Origin: Escherichia coli O157:H7
GTDB taxonomy: Bacteria; Pseudomonadota; Gammaproteobacteria; Enterobacterales; Enterobacteriaceae
NCBI RefSeq assembly: GCF_013167455.1
Contig: NZ_CP038328.1
Length of the DNA stretch: 64,000 nt
Direction: 5' to 3' (one strand)
This document shows, piece after piece, positions 13,355 to 25,198 of this stretch (positions are counted from its first letter, which is position 1; every line of letters begins with the position of its first letter). Position numbers and translations under genes: made by a program. The notes under the pieces were generated by a model that saw only the letters and a list, made by a program, of their open reading frames with translations, was not told the DNA's origin and did not search any database.

Positions 13355-15121
13355 ATGAATAAATCTCGTCAAAAAGAGTTAACCCGCTGGTTAAAACAGC
13401 AAAGCGTCATCTCCCAACGTTGGCTGAATATTTCTCGTCTGCTGGGCTTTGTGAGCGGCATATTGATCATTGCCCAGGCATGGTTCATGGCGCGAATTCT
13501 GCAACATATGATTATGGAGAATATTCCCCGTGAAGCCCTGCTGCTTCCCTTTACGTTACTGGTTCTGACCTTTGTACTGCGCGCATGGGTGGTCTGGTTA
13601 CGCGAACGGGTGGGTTATCACGCCGGGCAGCATATCCGCTTTGCCATCCGCCGTCAGGTTCTCGACCGTCTGCAACAAGCAGGGCCAGCGTGGATTCAGG
13701 GTAAACCTGCGGGGAGCTGGGCGACGCTGGTACTCGAGCAAATTGACGATATGCATGATTACTATGCACGCTACCTGCCGCAAATGGCGCTGGCAGTGTC
13801 GGTGCCGTTGCTGATTGTGGTGGCGATCTTCCCCTCTAACTGGGCTGCGGCGCTCATTCTGCTGGGCACTGCACCGTTAATTCCGTTGTTTATGGCGCTG
13901 GTTGGGATGGGGGCTGCCGATGCTAACCGACGTAACTTTCTCGCTCTTGCTCGCTTAAGTGGGCATTTCCTCGATCGCCTGCGCGGCATGGAAACATTGC
14001 GTATTTTTGGTCGTGGTGAAGCTGAAATTGAAAGTATTCGTTCTGCTTCGGAAGATTTCCGCCAACGGACAATGGAAGTGCTACGGCTGGCGTTTTTATC
14101 CTCCGGCATTCTCGAATTTTTTACCTCGCTGTCAATTGCTCTGGTGGCGGTCTACTTTGGTTTTTCCTATCTCGGCGAGCTGGATTTTGGTCACTACGAT
14201 ACTGGCGTGACGCTGGCTGCGGGTTTTCTGGCCCTGATCCTTGCGCCAGAGTTTTTCCAGCCATTACGCGATCTCGGTACGTTTTATCATGCTAAAGCCC
14301 AGGCTGTTGGTGCAGCTGACAGTCTGAAAACGTTTATGGAAACCCCGCTCGCCCATCCGCAGCGCGGTGAGACGGAATTAGCATCAACCGATCCGCTGAC
14401 CATTGAGGCCGAGGATCTGTTTATCACGTCGCCGGAAGGTAAAACGCTGGCCGGACCGCTGAACTTTACTTTGCCAGCAGGCCAACGTGCAGTGTTGGTT
14501 GGTCGCAGCGGTTCAGGTAAAAGCTCACTGCTGAACGCGCTTTCTGGTTTTCTCTCATATCAGGGATCATTACGAATCAACGGGATAGAATTACGCGATT
14601 TATCACCAGAATCATGGCGTAAACATCTCTCCTGGGTTGGTCAAAACCCACAATTACCGGCAGCAACATTACGGGATAACGTACTACTGGCGCGACCTGA
14701 TGCCAGCGAACAAGAATTACAAGCAGCGCTGGATAACGCCTGGGTCAGCGAGTTTCTACCGCTCCTGCCACAAGGCGTTGATACGCCTGTTGGCGACCAG
14801 GCTGCCCGCCTTTCCGTGGGGCAGGCGCAGCGCGTGGCGGTGGCCCGTGCGTTACTAAATCCCTGTTCGCTATTACTGTTGGATGAACCCGCTGCCAGCC
14901 TTGATGCTCACAGTGAACAGCGCGTAATGGAGGCGCTGAATGCCGCCTCTCTGCGCCAGACAACGTTAATGGTCACCCACCAGTTAGAAGATCTTGCTGA
15001 CTGGGATGTCATTTGGGTTATGCAGGATGGCCGGATTATTGAGCAAGGACGTTACGCGGAATTAAGTGTGGCTGGTGGCCCATTCGCCACATTACTGGCC
15101 CATCGTCAGGAGGAGATTTAA
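13355..15121 (+). CDS. cydD: Glutathione/cysteine ABC exporter subunit CydD
   Basis: 588-aa ORF with N-terminal TM domain and C-terminal ABC ATPase (Walker A GRSGSGKSS, signature LSVGQAQR, Walker B LLLLDEP). Confidence 0.93.
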   Translation: MNKSRQKELTRWLKQQSVISQRWLNISRLLGFVSGILIIAQAWFMARILQHMIMENIPREALLLPFTLLVLTFVLRAWVVWLRERVGYHAGQHIRFAIRRQVLDRLQQAGPAWIQGKPAGSWATLVLEQIDDMHDYYARYLPQMALAVSVPLLIVVAIFPSNWAAALILLGTAPLIPLFMALVGMGAADANRRNFLALARLSGHFLDRLRGMETLRIFGRGEAEIESIRSASEDFRQRTMEVLRLAFLSSGILEFFTSLSIALVAVYFGFSYLGELDFGHYDTGVTLAAGFLALILAPEFFQPLRDLGTFYHAKAQAVGAADSLKTFMETPLAHPQRGETELASTDPLTIEAEDLFITSPEGKTLAGPLNFTLPAGQRAVLVGRSGSGKSSLLNALSGFLSYQGSLRINGIELRDLSPESWRKHLSWVGQNPQLPAATLRDNVLLARPDASEQELQAALDNAWVSEFLPLLPQGVDTPVGDQAARLSVGQAQRVAVARALLNPCSLLLLDEPAASLDAHSEQRVMEALNAASLRQTTLMVTHQLEDLADWDVIWVMQDGRIIEQGRYAELSVAGGPFATLLAHRQEEI

Positions 15122-16843
15122 ATGCGCGCTTTGCTACCCTATCTGGCACTGTATAAACGTCATAAATGGATGTTAAGTCTTGGTATTGTGCTGGCAATTG
15201 TGACGCTGCTCGCCAGTATCGGTCTGTTGACACTTTCCGGCTGGTTCCTCTCGGCCTCAGCGGTTGCGGGGGTTGCCGGACTGTACAGCTTCAACTATAT
15301 GCTACCCGCTGCGGGCGTGCGTGGTGCAGCAATCACCCGTACTGCCGGGCGTTATTTTGAACGTCTGGTAAGTCACGACGCGACTTTCCGCGTGTTGCAG
15401 CATCTGCGCATTTACACCTTCAGCAAATTGTTGCCCCTCTCCCCTGCCGGACTGGCGCGCTATCGTCAGGGCGAATTGCTCAACCGCGTGGTGGCGGATG
15501 TTGATACGCTCGATCATCTTTACCTGCGCGTTATCTCGCCGCTGGTGGGCGCTTTTGTGGTGATTATGGTGGTGACAATCGGGTTAAGTTTCCTTGATTC
15601 CACCCTCGCCTTTACGCTGGGCGGCATTATGTTACTGACGCTTTTCCTGATGCCACCGCTGTTTTATCGTGCGGGAAAAAGCACCGGGCAAAATCTGACT
15701 CATCTTCGCGGACAGTATCGCCAACAACTGACGGCCTGGCTGCAAGGGCAAGCTGAGCTGACCATTTTTGGTGCCAGCGATCGTTATCGCACGCAACTAG
15801 AGAATACAGAAATTCAATGGCTGGAAGCGCAACGCCGTCAATCTGAACTGACCGCATTGTCGCAAGCGATAATGCTGCTCATTGGCGCGTTAGCGGTGAT
15901 CCTGATGCTGTGGATGGCGTCTGGCGGCGTTGGCGGCAATGCTCAACCCGGCGCGTTAATTGCCCTGTTTGTCTTTTGCGCGTTAGCCGCGTTTGAAGCA
16001 CTGGCACCAGTAACGGGTGCATTTCAGCATCTGGGGCAAGTCATTGCCTCTGCCGTACGTATCTCTGACTTAACGGATCAAAAACCGGAGGTCACCTTCC
16101 CTGATACCCAAACTCGTGTTGCCGATCGCGTTTCGCTGACATTACGGGATGTTCAGTTCACTTATCCGGAGCAATCCCAACAGGCACTTAAAGGGATTTC
16201 TCTTCAGGTAAACGCCGGGGAACATATAGCGATTCTCGGGCGAACCGGATGCGGCAAATCAACACTGTTACAACTGCTGACCCGCGCATGGGACCCGCAA
16301 CAGGGCGAGATTTTGCTTAACGATAGCCCCATAGCCAGCCTGAATGAAGCGGCTCTACGACAGACCATCAGCGTTGTTCCTCAGCGAGTGCATCTGTTTA
16401 GCGCCACGCTGCGTGATAATCTGTTACTCGCCTCGCCTGGCAGTAGTGATGAGGCTCTGGCGGTGATCTTACGTCGCGTTGGTCTGGAGAAGCAGCTCGA
16501 GGATGCAGGTCTCAACAGTTGGTTAGGTGAAGGCGGACGCCAGCTCTCCGGTGGTGAACTGCGCCGTCTGGCTATCGCCCGTGCGCTGTTACATGATGCG
16601 CCACTGGTGTTGCTGGATGAACCTACCGAAGGCTTAGATGCCACAACCGAAAGCCAGATCCTTGAATTGCTTGCAGAAATGATGCGTGAGAAAACGGTGT
16701 TAATGGTCACCCATCGACTTCGCGGACTCTCTCGTTTCCAACAAATAATAGTGATGGACAACGGGCAAATTATTGAGCAAGGTACTCACGCAGAACTGCT
16801 TGCCAGACAGGGGCGTTATTACCAGTTCAAGCAGGGTTTGTAA
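15122..16843 (+). CDS. cydC: Glutathione/cysteine ABC exporter subunit CydC
   Basis: 573-aa ORF starting immediately after the cydD stop; Walker A GRTGCGKST, signature LSGGELRR, Walker B LVLLDEP. Confidence 0.93.
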   Translation: MRALLPYLALYKRHKWMLSLGIVLAIVTLLASIGLLTLSGWFLSASAVAGVAGLYSFNYMLPAAGVRGAAITRTAGRYFERLVSHDATFRVLQHLRIYTFSKLLPLSPAGLARYRQGELLNRVVADVDTLDHLYLRVISPLVGAFVVIMVVTIGLSFLDSTLAFTLGGIMLLTLFLMPPLFYRAGKSTGQNLTHLRGQYRQQLTAWLQGQAELTIFGASDRYRTQLENTEIQWLEAQRRQSELTALSQAIMLLIGALAVILMLWMASGGVGGNAQPGALIALFVFCALAAFEALAPVTGAFQHLGQVIASAVRISDLTDQKPEVTFPDTQTRVADRVSLTLRDVQFTYPEQSQQALKGISLQVNAGEHIAILGRTGCGKSTLLQLLTRAWDPQQGEILLNDSPIASLNEAALRQTISVVPQRVHLFSATLRDNLLLASPGSSDEALAVILRRVGLEKQLEDAGLNSWLGEGGRQLSGGELRRLAIARALLHDAPLVLLDEPTEGLDATTESQILELLAEMMREKTVLMVTHRLRGLSRFQQIIVMDNGQIIEQGTHAELLARQGRYYQFKQGL

Positions 16844-16884
16844 GCTATTATTGAACGATCCGACTTGCGTGGAGTTTTGCGGTC

Positions 16885-17589
16885 ATGCGCCTGGTTCAGC
16901 TTTCTCGCCATTCAATAGCCTTCCCTTCCCCGGAAGGCGCATTACGTGAGCCTAACGGCCTGCTGGCACTTGGGGGCGATCTTAGCCCTGCGCGCCTGTT
17001 AATGGCTTACCAGCGTGGTATTTTTCCGTGGTTTTCTCCAGGCGACCCCATCCTCTGGTGGTCGCCCGATCCCCGCGCGGTGCTATGGCCAGAATCACTG
17101 CATATCAGCCGTAGTATGAAGCGATTTCATAAACGCTCGTCCTATCGTGTCACGATGAATTACGCTTTTGGTCAGGTCATTGAAGGCTGTGCCAGCGATC
17201 GCGAAGAAGGAACCTGGATCACGCGTGGCGTGGTCGAAGCCTACCATCGCCTTCACGAACTCGGTCATGCCCACTCCATTGAAGTCTGGCGTGAAGATGA
17301 GCTTGTCGGCGGTATGTACGGCGTGGCCCAGGGAACGCTATTTTGTGGCGAGTCCATGTTCAGCCGGATGGAAAATGCGTCTAAAACGGCGCTTCTGGTA
17401 TTCTGTGAGGAATTTATCGGTCATGGCGGTAAGCTTATCGACTGCCAGGTCCTTAACGATCACACAGCATCGCTTGGTGCCTGCGAAATTCCCCGCCGGA
17501 ATTACCTTAATTATCTCAATCAAATGCGCCTCGGACGATTGCCGAATAATTTCTGGGTACCACGATGCTTGTTTTCACCACAAGAATGA
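16885..17589 (+). CDS. aat: Leucyl/phenylalanyl-tRNA--protein transferase
   Basis: 234-aa ORF; position between cydC and infA; length matches recalled Aat. Confidence 0.9.
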   Translation: MRLVQLSRHSIAFPSPEGALREPNGLLALGGDLSPARLLMAYQRGIFPWFSPGDPILWWSPDPRAVLWPESLHISRSMKRFHKRSSYRVTMNYAFGQVIEGCASDREEGTWITRGVVEAYHRLHELGHAHSIEVWREDELVGGMYGVAQGTLFCGESMFSRMENASKTALLVFCEEFIGHGGKLIDCQVLNDHTASLGACEIPRRNYLNYLNQMRLGRLPNNFWVPRCLFSPQE

Positions 17590-17870
17590 ATGTTTTCGGC
17601 ACATTTCTCCCCAGAGTGTTATAATTGCGGTCGCAGAGTTGGTTACGCTCATTACCCCGCTGCCGATAAGGAATTTTTCGCGTCAGGTAACGCCCATCGT
17701 TTATCTCACCGCTCCCTTATACGTTGCGCTTTTGGTGCGGCTTAGCCGTGTGTTTTCGGAGTAATGTGCCGAACCTGTTTGTTGCGATTTAGCGCGCAAA
17801 TCTTTACTTATTTACAGAACTTCGGCATTATCTTGCCGGTTCAAATTACGGTAGTGATACCCCAGAGGAT

Positions 17871-18092
<222 letters not shown>

Positions 18093-18133
18093 TTGTTTTA
18101 CCGCCTGATGGGCGAAGAGAAAGAACGAGTAAA

Positions 18134-18160
18134 AGGTCGGTTTAACCGGCCTTTTTATTT
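18134..18160 (+). terminator. Intrinsic terminator downstream of infA
   Basis: AGGTCGGtttaaCCGGCCT hairpin (one U-G wobble as RNA) followed by TTTTTATTTT. Confidence 0.6.
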
Positions 18161-18273
18161 TGTGATATGCATGAAGTACTTTGGAAGTATAAGTCCATAA
18201 CTTGTCTCGATGTAGATATACTGCACAAGTTGTTTACAGTATGAGCAAACAATAATTATCATTAAAATTCTTC

Positions 18274-18302
18274 TTGACCGTTTTACTCCAACTCCCTATA
18301 GT
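18274..18302 (+). promoter_or_regulatory. Candidate sigma70 promoter of serW (TTGACC -35, 17-nt spacer, TATAGT -10, GC-rich discriminator)
   Basis: TTGACC at 18274-18279 and TATAGT at 18297-18302, followed by the GC-rich discriminator agcgcccc typical of stringently controlled stable-RNA promoters; about 45 nt upstream of the tRNA. Confidence 0.5.
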
Positions 18303-18345
18303 AGCGCCCCGTTGCCACCCATGAGGTTTGGCAGCAAAACAATTT

Positions 18346-18433
18346 GGTGAGGTGTCCGAGTGGCTGAAGGAGCACGCCTGGAAAGTGTGTATACGGCAAC
18401 GTATCGGGGGTTCGAATCCCCCCCTCACCGCCA
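18346..18433 (+). tRNA. serW: tRNA-Ser (anticodon GGA)
   Basis: 88-nt GGTGAGGTGTCCGAGTGGCTGAAGGAGCACGCCTGGAAAGTGTG...GGGGGTTCGAATCCCCCCCTCACCGCCA; long variable arm, acceptor stem pairs, encoded CCA, anticodon loop cctGGAaa. Confidence 0.95.
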
Positions 18434-18445
18434 TATTTAAAGAAG

Positions 18446-18474
18446 AGCTCGTACGAAAGTACGGGCTTTTTTTT
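18446..18474 (+). terminator. Intrinsic terminator downstream of serW
   Basis: AGCTCGTAC-gaaa-GTACGGGCT hairpin (GNRA loop) followed by eight T. Confidence 0.7.
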
Positions 18475-18476
18475 CG

Positions 18477-18564
18477 CATTTTATCTGCCTGTACGGCAGT
18501 GAACATGGTGGGCGGGTGGAGTATGTTACCAGTGAATTTCTAAGCTGCCTGTACGGCAGTGAAC
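18477..18564 (-). CRISPR. Orphan type I-F CRISPR remnant: two 28-bp repeats (one degenerate) and one 32-bp spacer
   Basis: 18537..18564 is the exact reverse complement of the E. coli type I-F repeat GTTCACTGCCGTACAGGCAGCTTAGAAA; 18477..18504 shares its first 20 nt and is degenerate over the last 8; intervening spacer is exactly 32 nt (18505..18536); no cas genes in the window. Confidence 0.8.
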
Positions 18565-18713
18565 TCAAATACTACACGTTTAGCCCGTTGTTAATAAAGC
18601 AAAACCATCTCATTTTCCTGCTGTCACCCTTTTTTATCCTTACCTTTTCCAGCAGCACTAATTATCAACAAATTACCTTCACCTCCAAAAATAGGTTTTT
18701 CACCGTTCCACCC

Positions 18714-18754
18714 CATAAATAAAAAGTCCGTAACCTCTTTCGAGATTACGGACT
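18714..18754 (-). terminator. Intrinsic terminator downstream of clpA
   Basis: On the minus strand AGTCCGTAA...TTACGGACT hairpin followed by TTTTTATTTAT; 25 nt past the clpA stop. Confidence 0.65.
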
Positions 18755-18778
18755 TCACCAACCTACCTGACAATCAGA

Positions 18779-21055
18779 TTAATGCGCTGCTTCCGCCTTG
18801 TGCTTTTGTGCACTCTGGAATCCGTAAGTCAGCTCATTTTTCTCTTTATCCAGCGCGACGGTGACCTGACCGCCGTCCACCAGCGAACCAAACAGCAGTT
18901 CGTTGGCGAGCGGTTTTTTCAGGTTGTCCTGGATGACACGCGCCATCGGACGTGCGCCCATTGCCCGGTCGTAACCTTTCTCGGCCAGCCAGTTACGCGC
19001 TTCCTGGCTCACTTCCAGAGAAACACCTTTCTGATCCAGCTGAACCTGCAACTCGACGATGAATTTATCCACCACCTGATGGATCACGTCAGTTGACAGA
19101 TGATCGAACCAGATAATGTTGTCGAGACGGTTACGGAATTCCGGTGTAAAGATCTTCTTGATCTCTTCCATCGCATCGGTGCTGTTATCCTGGTGGATAA
19201 GACCAATGGATTTGCGCTCAGTTTCCCGTACCCCGGCGTTAGTGGTCATCACCAGTACCACGTTACGGAAGTCCGCTTTGCGTCCGTTGTTATCGGTCAG
19301 CGTACCGTTGTCCATCACCTGCAACAGAATATTGAACACGTCCGGGTGCGCTTTCTCGATTTCGTCCAGCAGCAGCACCGCATGTGGATGCTTGATGACC
19401 GCATCAGTCAGCAAACCGCCCTGATCAAAACCAACGTATCCCGGAGGCGCACCAATAAGACGGCTGACAGTATGGCGTTCCATATACTCGGACATATCAA
19501 AGCGCAGAAGCTCAATGCCCAAAGCTTTCGAAAGCTGTACCGTCACCTCTGTTTTCCCGACCCCGGTAGGGCCGGCAAACAGGAACGAACCGACCGGTTT
19601 ATGTTCGTGACCTAAACCTGCACGCGCCATCTTAATGGCTTCAGTCAGCGCCTCAATGGCTTTATCCTGACCGAAGACCAGCATTTTCAGGCGATCGCCG
19701 AGGTTTTTCAGGGTATCGCGGTCACTCTGAGAAACACTCTTCTCTGGAATGCGTGCAATACGGGCCACCACGGACTCAATATCCGCCACATTAACGGTTT
19801 TCTTGCGTTTGCTTACCGGCATCAGACGTGCGCGAGCGCCCGCTTCGTCGATAACATCAATGGCTTTATCCGGCAGATGACGATCGTTAATGTATTTCAC
19901 CGCCAGCTCTACCGCCGCACGCACCGCTTTTGCGGTATAACGCACGTCGTGGTGTGCTTCATACTTCGGTTTCAGGCCATTGATGATTTGAACAGTTTCT
20001 TCGATCGACGGTTCAGTAATATCAATTTTCTGGAAGCGACGCGCCAGAGCACGGTCTTTCTCGAAAATGTTGCTGAACTCCTGATAGGTTGTCGAACCAA
20101 TTACGCGAATTTTACCGCTGGAGAGCAACGGTTTGATTAGGTTAGCCGCATCAACCTGACCACCAGACGCTGCACCCGCACCGATAATGGTGTGGATCTC
20201 ATCAATAAACAGGATGCTGTTAGTGTCCTGCTCCAGCTGCTTGAGCAACGCTTTAAAACGTTTTTCAAAGTCGCCGCGATATTTTGTGCCCGCTAACAGA
20301 GAACCGATATCGAGAGAGTAAATCGTACAGTCAGCCATCACTTCCGGCACATCGCCCTGAACAATTCGCCAGGCAAGACCTTCTGCAATCGCGGTTTTAC
20401 CGACACCAGATTCCCCCACTAGCAGCGGGTTGTTTTTACGGCGACGGCAGAGAACCTGAATAGCACGCTCCAGCTCCTTCTCACGACCAATCAGTGGGTC
20501 GATTCCGCCCACGCGCGCAAGCTGATTCAGGTTCGTCGTGAAATTCTCCATACGTTCCTCCCCACCAGCTTGTTCTTCGCTGTTTGGCTGGCTGCCAGGA
20601 TCAGAAGACTGTGTCGGCTCGTCTTTACGCGTGCCATGAGAGATAAAGTTCACCACATCGAGACGGCTGACTTCATGTTTACGCAACAGATATGCCGCCT
20701 GCGACTCCTGTTCGCTAAAGATAGCGACCAGAACGTTTGCACCGGTAACCTCATTGCGACCGGAGGACTGGACATGGAAGACCGCACGTTGCAGTACACG
20801 CTGAAAACTCAGCGTCGGCTGTGTGTCGCGCTCCTCTTCACTGGCAGGCAGAACGGGTGTGGTTTGTTCAATAAAGGCTTCCAGTTCCTGACGGAGCGCA
20901 ACCAAATCCACAGAACACGCTTCCAGCGCCTCCCGGGCAGATGGGTTACTGAGCAGCGCCAGTAACAAGTGCTCGACGGTCATAAACTCATGACGGTGCT
21001 CGCGCGCTCTGGCGAAAGCCATATTTAAACTGAGTTCCAGTTCTTGATTGAGCAT
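18779..21055 (-). CDS. clpA: ATP-dependent Clp protease ATP-binding subunit ClpA
   Basis: Start set at [24 protein letters not shown] (758 aa); two AAA+ modules with Walker A GESGVGKT and GPTGVGKT. Confidence 0.95.
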   Translation of the reverse strand: MLNQELELSLNMAFARAREHRHEFMTVEHLLLALLSNPSAREALEACSVDLVALRQELEAFIEQTTPVLPASEEERDTQPTLSFQRVLQRAVFHVQSSGRNEVTGANVLVAIFSEQESQAAYLLRKHEVSRLDVVNFISHGTRKDEPTQSSDPGSQPNSEEQAGGEERMENFTTNLNQLARVGGIDPLIGREKELERAIQVLCRRRKNNPLLVGESGVGKTAIAEGLAWRIVQGDVPEVMADCTIYSLDIGSLLAGTKYRGDFEKRFKALLKQLEQDTNSILFIDEIHTIIGAGAASGGQVDAANLIKPLLSSGKIRVIGSTTYQEFSNIFEKDRALARRFQKIDITEPSIEETVQIINGLKPKYEAHHDVRYTAKAVRAAVELAVKYINDRHLPDKAIDVIDEAGARARLMPVSKRKKTVNVADIESVVARIARIPEKSVSQSDRDTLKNLGDRLKMLVFGQDKAIEALTEAIKMARAGLGHEHKPVGSFLFAGPTGVGKTEVTVQLSKALGIELLRFDMSEYMERHTVSRLIGAPPGYVGFDQGGLLTDAVIKHPHAVLLLDEIEKAHPDVFNILLQVMDNGTLTDNNGRKADFRNVVLVMTTNAGVRETERKSIGLIHQDNSTDAMEEIKKIFTPEFRNRLDNIIWFDHLSTDVIHQVVDKFIVELQVQLDQKGVSLEVSQEARNWLAEKGYDRAMGARPMARVIQDNLKKPLANELLFGSLVDGGQVTVALDKEKNELTYGFQSAQKHKAEAAH

Positions 21056-21085
21056 AGGCACCTCCCCCAATTTTTATGCCTGCAT

Positions 21086-21406
21086 TCAGGCTTTTTCTAG
21101 CGTACACAGCAATGGATGCTCATTCTCCCTCGCGTACTTGTTCACCATCGCCACTTTGGTTTCTGCAACCTCGGCGGTAAAGACTCCGCAAATGGCCTTC
21201 CCCTGGTAGTGAACAGCGAGCATCAATTGCGTTGCACGTTCTACATCATAAGAAAAGAATTTTTGTAACACGTCAATAACAAACTCCATCGGAGTGTAAT
21301 CATCATTGACTAATATCACTTTATACATAGATGGCGGTTTTAGCGCGTCGCGAACTTTTTCTTCCGCCAGTTGATCAAAGTCCAGCCAGTCGTTCGTTTT
21401 ACCCAT
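21086..21406 (-). CDS. clpS: ClpA adaptor protein ClpS
   Basis: 106-aa ORF immediately upstream of clpA on the same strand; sequence [17 protein letters not shown]... Confidence 0.93.
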
Positions 21407-21728
21407 TGTCAGTTATCATCTTCGGTTACGGTTATCGGCAGAACGCCCTGCCGCTGACAAGAGCTTATTTGCCTGACCAATCTACTCCACATGATAGATA
21501 ACTATCATCTATCGTTGGCATCAGCGACATCTGTCACATTCCTGTCAATAGCGTTAACTGCTTCAAATTTTTGATTCATACCTGCCCCCTGTCCCCTGTC
21601 AAATGCTTGACGGCTCGCCCTAATTCTCTAAATTGTATTTCTAGAGTTGGCGAGGTTTTGAACAGCCCCCTCTCTGACCCCGGTTTATTCCATCTTACTT
21701 GTATAAGATTTGCGAAGGATGTCGAAGC

Positions 21729-21953
21729 ATGGAAAAGGGTACTGTTAAGTGGTTCAACAATGCCAAAGGGTTTGGTTTCATCTGCCCTGAAGGCGGCGGC
21801 GAAGATATTTTCGCTCATTATTCCACCATTCAGATGGATGGTTACAGAACGCTAAAAGCTGGACAATCCGTTCAGTTTGATGTCCACCAGGGGCCAAAAG
21901 GCAATCACGCCAGTGTTATTGTGCCCGTCGAAGTAGAAGCGGCAGTCGCATAG
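21729..21953 (+). CDS. cspD: Cold-shock-domain protein CspD (stationary-phase replication inhibitor)
   Basis: 74-aa product MEKGTVKWFNNAKGFGFICPEGGGEDIFAHYSTIQMDGYRTLKAGQSVQFDV... with RNP1-like motif KGFGFI; start set at the internal ATG. Confidence 0.93.
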   Translation: MEKGTVKWFNNAKGFGFICPEGGGEDIFAHYSTIQMDGYRTLKAGQSVQFDVHQGPKGNHASVIVPVEVEAAVA

Positions 21954-21990
21954 CTCTTCTGTCTCATTGTGTACATCCTAAAGGCAAAAT

Positions 21991-22016
21991 GCCAGCCCGA
22001 TCGGCTGGCATTTTTA
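21991..22016 (+). terminator. Intrinsic terminator between convergent cspD and macB
   Basis: GCCAGCC-cgatc-GGCTGGC hairpin followed by ATTTTTAT. Confidence 0.65.
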
Positions 22017-22025
22017 TCTCAAAAA

Positions 22026-23972
22026 TTACTCTCGTGCCAGAGCATCTACTGGATCCAGTCGTGCCGCATTTCGTGCGGGTAACCAGCCAAATAAAATCCC
22101 GGTGACCGTCGAGCAGAGAAACGCCAGCAGCAGTGCCAACGGTGAAAAACCAATCTCCCAGCCGGGTAAGAAAAGCTGCAAGGTGAAAGCAATTAACAGT
22201 GACAGTGTTATTCCCAACGCGCCACCGACCAGGCAAACCAGTACGGCTTCGATCAGGAACTGTTGCAAAACATCGCTTGCTCGCGCACCTACAGCCATGC
22301 GAATGCCAATTTCCCGCGTCCGCTCGGTCACTGACACCAGCATAATATTCATTACACCAATACCGCCCACTACCAGCGAAATCACCGCCACCAGCGTCAT
22401 AAACAGTTGTAAAGTACGTGTGGTCTTTTCAACGGTTTTCAAGACGCCGTCCATGTTCCAGGTAAAGAAATCCTTCTTACCGTGGCGCAGTGAAAGTAAA
22501 CGCGTGAGTTGCTGTTCCGCCTCGGCGCTGTCAAATCCTTCTTTCACCCTGACAGTAATGGAGTTCAGCCACGACTGGCCCATAACTCGCCCGGACATCG
22601 TGCTGTAAGGTAGCCAGACACGCAGCACTTTACTGCTACCAAACATCGACTGTTTTTCTTCCGCCACACCAATGACTCTGGCGGGCATATTGCCGACCAG
22701 AATCACCTCGCCAACCACATCTGCTTTATGGGGGAAAAGCTGGCGGCGAGTATTACTGTCGAGAACCACGACCTGCGCACGACCGTTCAGCTGTTCCTGG
22801 TTAAAGGTGTTTCCTTCACTGAAGGTCATGCCATAGACATTAAAATAATCGCCGCTCACGCCATTGGCACTGGCAGCAACATCAACATTGTTATAACGCA
22901 GGCGCAGGTTTTGCGAGACGGCAGGTGTGGCTGAAGCGACCCACGGTTGTTTTTGGATGGCGATTAAGTCATCGTACTTCAGCGCCTGTTGATATTGCGG
23001 ATCGTCATCGCCAAAATCTTTCCCGGGATAGACATCAATAGTATTCGTACCAATAGAACGAATATCCGCCAGCACCATTTGTTTGGCGGCGTCGCCCACC
23101 ACGACAATGGAAACCACCGACGCAATACCGATTATAATCCCCAGCATGGTCAGTAAAGTACGCATTTTATTCGCTGCCAGCGCCCGCCATGCCATCGTCA
23201 GCGCCTCATTAAAACCGCTGACAAACTGCCGCCAGCCAGACGCCGTGTTGACAACAGGTTCCGTCCCGCCAGCAACATTCACTTTTTCAATGGCGGGAGG
23301 ATTGCGCACAATTTCGCCGTCGCGAATTTCGATCACCCGCTCGGCCTGAGCAGCGACCTGCGGATCGTGAGTGACGATAATCACCGTATGCCCGCGATCG
23401 CGCAGCTGATGCAGGATCGCCATCACCTCTTCGCCTGAATGGCTGTCCAGTGCGCCGGTCGGTTCATCGGCAAGAATTACCTGACCGCCGTTCATCAATG
23501 CCCGCGCGATGCTAACGCGCTGTTGCTGACCACCCGAAAGCTGTGCCGGATAATACTCTGTACGGTCTTCCAGCCCCAGTCGTTGCAGCAACTCCTGGGC
23601 GCGAAGCAGCCGCTGTTTCCGCTCAAGACCAGCATAGACGGCTGGTACTTCAACGTTCTGCTCGGCGGTTAAATGCGAAAGCAAATGGTAACGCTGGAAA
23701 ATAAAGCCGAAATGCTCGCGGCGCAGTTGCGCCAGCGCATCGGCGTCCAGCGTGGCAACATCCTGACCGGCGACGCGATAGGTGCCGCTGGTGGCCTTAT
23801 CCAGACAGCCGAGAATATTCATCAGGGTCGATTTACCGGAACCCGAAGCGCCAACAATCGCTACCATCTCACCGGCATAAATATCGAGGGTGATGCCCTT
23901 CAGCACCTCAACCTGCTCATCACCGGCAGGATAGCTGCGACGAATATCCTTTAATTCGAGCAAAGGCGTCAT
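22026..23972 (-). CDS. macB: Macrolide export ABC transporter ATP-binding/permease protein MacB
   Basis: 648-aa ORF; N-terminal ABC ATPase (Walker [10 protein letters not shown], signature LSGGQQQR, Walker B ILADEP) fused to a C-terminal FtsX-like permease. Confidence 0.93.
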   Translation of the reverse strand: MTPLLELKDIRRSYPAGDEQVEVLKGITLDIYAGEMVAIVGASGSGKSTLMNILGCLDKATSGTYRVAGQDVATLDADALAQLRREHFGFIFQRYHLLSHLTAEQNVEVPAVYAGLERKQRLLRAQELLQRLGLEDRTEYYPAQLSGGQQQRVSIARALMNGGQVILADEPTGALDSHSGEEVMAILHQLRDRGHTVIIVTHDPQVAAQAERVIEIRDGEIVRNPPAIEKVNVAGGTEPVVNTASGWRQFVSGFNEALTMAWRALAANKMRTLLTMLGIIIGIASVVSIVVVGDAAKQMVLADIRSIGTNTIDVYPGKDFGDDDPQYQQALKYDDLIAIQKQPWVASATPAVSQNLRLRYNNVDVAASANGVSGDYFNVYGMTFSEGNTFNQEQLNGRAQVVVLDSNTRRQLFPHKADVVGEVILVGNMPARVIGVAEEKQSMFGSSKVLRVWLPYSTMSGRVMGQSWLNSITVRVKEGFDSAEAEQQLTRLLSLRHGKKDFFTWNMDGVLKTVEKTTRTLQLFMTLVAVISLVVGGIGVMNIMLVSVTERTREIGIRMAVGARASDVLQQFLIEAVLVCLVGGALGITLSLLIAFTLQLFLPGWEIGFSPLALLLAFLCSTVTGILFGWLPARNAARLDPVDALARE

Positions 23973-25084
23973 TGTGCAGCTCCTGGTTTGGCCTCACCAA
24001 TCACCACTTCATCGCCCGCTTCCAGCCCTTTGACAATCTCAACATCGGTATCGTTACGTGCGCCAATCGTCACTTCACGCTCGCGTGTTTCACCATTACG
24101 CAACAATTTGACTTTATAACGATTATCGCCAACCGGATCGCCTAACGCCGACAGAGGGATCGTCAGCACATTTTTCACATCGGTGAGCTGAATATGCACT
24201 TGCGCAGTCATATCCAGCCGCAGCAAACCATTGGGGTTGGGGACTTCAAAACGGGCGTAATAGAAAATAGCGTCGTTAACCTTTTCCGGCGTCGGTAGTA
24301 CATCCTTGATTTGCCCCTCGTAGCGCGTCAGTGGATCGCCAAGTACCGTAAACCAGGCTTTTTGCCCCGGCTTCAGGTGGATTACATCCGCTTCAGAAAC
24401 CTGCGCTTTTACCAGCATGGTGCTCATATCTGCCAGCGTCAGAATGTTCGGTGCTTGTTGTGCGGCAATCACCGTCTGGCCTTGCAGAGTGGTGATTTGC
24501 GTGACTTCCCCGGCCATCGGGGCAACGATGCGAGTGTAATCGAGATTGGTTTTAGCCGTATCGAGAGAAGCCTGATTGCGCTTGATTTGCGCGTCAATGG
24601 TGCCAATTTGCGCCTGTTTCACAGCCATCTCCGTCGCGGCGGTGTCGAGATCCTGCAGTGAAACCGCCTGCGTTTGTGCCAGACGTTGCTGACGGGAATA
24701 CGTCACCCGCGCCAGTTTCAGCTCCGCTTCCGCCTGCTGCCGCTGCGCGCGTAGCTCCATCAGCGTTGCTTCGACCTCCTTGATCTGGTTTTCAGCCTGT
24801 TCAGGATCAATAACCCCTAAAAGCTGGTCTTTTTTTACTTTATCGCCAATCGCCACCGACAGCGTTTTCAACTGACCGCTGACCTGCGCGCCCACGTCAA
24901 CCTTACGCAGCGCGTCCAGCTTTCCGGTCGCCAGCACGCTTTGCTGTAAATCACCGGGGCGCACAATCAGTGTCTGATAAGTCGGCACGGGTGCGTTAAG
25001 AATTCTCCATAACGTAATCAGTCCGGCGATGACTATCACCAGCGCAATAACGTAACGCTTCTTCACGGTTTTCCGCTTTTTCAT
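23969..25084 (-). CDS. macA: Macrolide export periplasmic adaptor protein MacA
   Basis: Start set at [18 protein letters not shown] (371 aa); membrane-fusion-protein family; overlaps macB start by 4 nt. Confidence 0.9.
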   Translation of the reverse strand: MKKRKTVKKRYVIALVIVIAGLITLWRILNAPVPTYQTLIVRPGDLQQSVLATGKLDALRKVDVGAQVSGQLKTLSVAIGDKVKKDQLLGVIDPEQAENQIKEVEATLMELRAQRQQAEAELKLARVTYSRQQRLAQTQAVSLQDLDTAATEMAVKQAQIGTIDAQIKRNQASLDTAKTNLDYTRIVAPMAGEVTQITTLQGQTVIAAQQAPNILTLADMSTMLVKAQVSEADVIHLKPGQKAWFTVLGDPLTRYEGQIKDVLPTPEKVNDAIFYYARFEVPNPNGLLRLDMTAQVHIQLTDVKNVLTIPLSALGDPVGDNRYKVKLLRNGETREREVTIGARNDTDVEIVKGLEAGDEVVIGEAKPGAAQ

Positions 25085-25198
25085 AAATATTCTGAATACT
25101 CCATATGCCAATCCGGGTCATTAACTTCAACGAAATATCAACAAAACCCTAAAATTTACGTTAGTAATCACACTATTGATGTTTGGTTAAGATACGCA

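Noticed and set aside
25085-25198. PhoP box in the divergent macA / ybjX promoter region
   Set aside because: Looked for the direct-repeat (T/G)GTTTA-N5-(T/G)GTTTA; only a single degenerate half-site (TGTTTG) is present, so no call is made.
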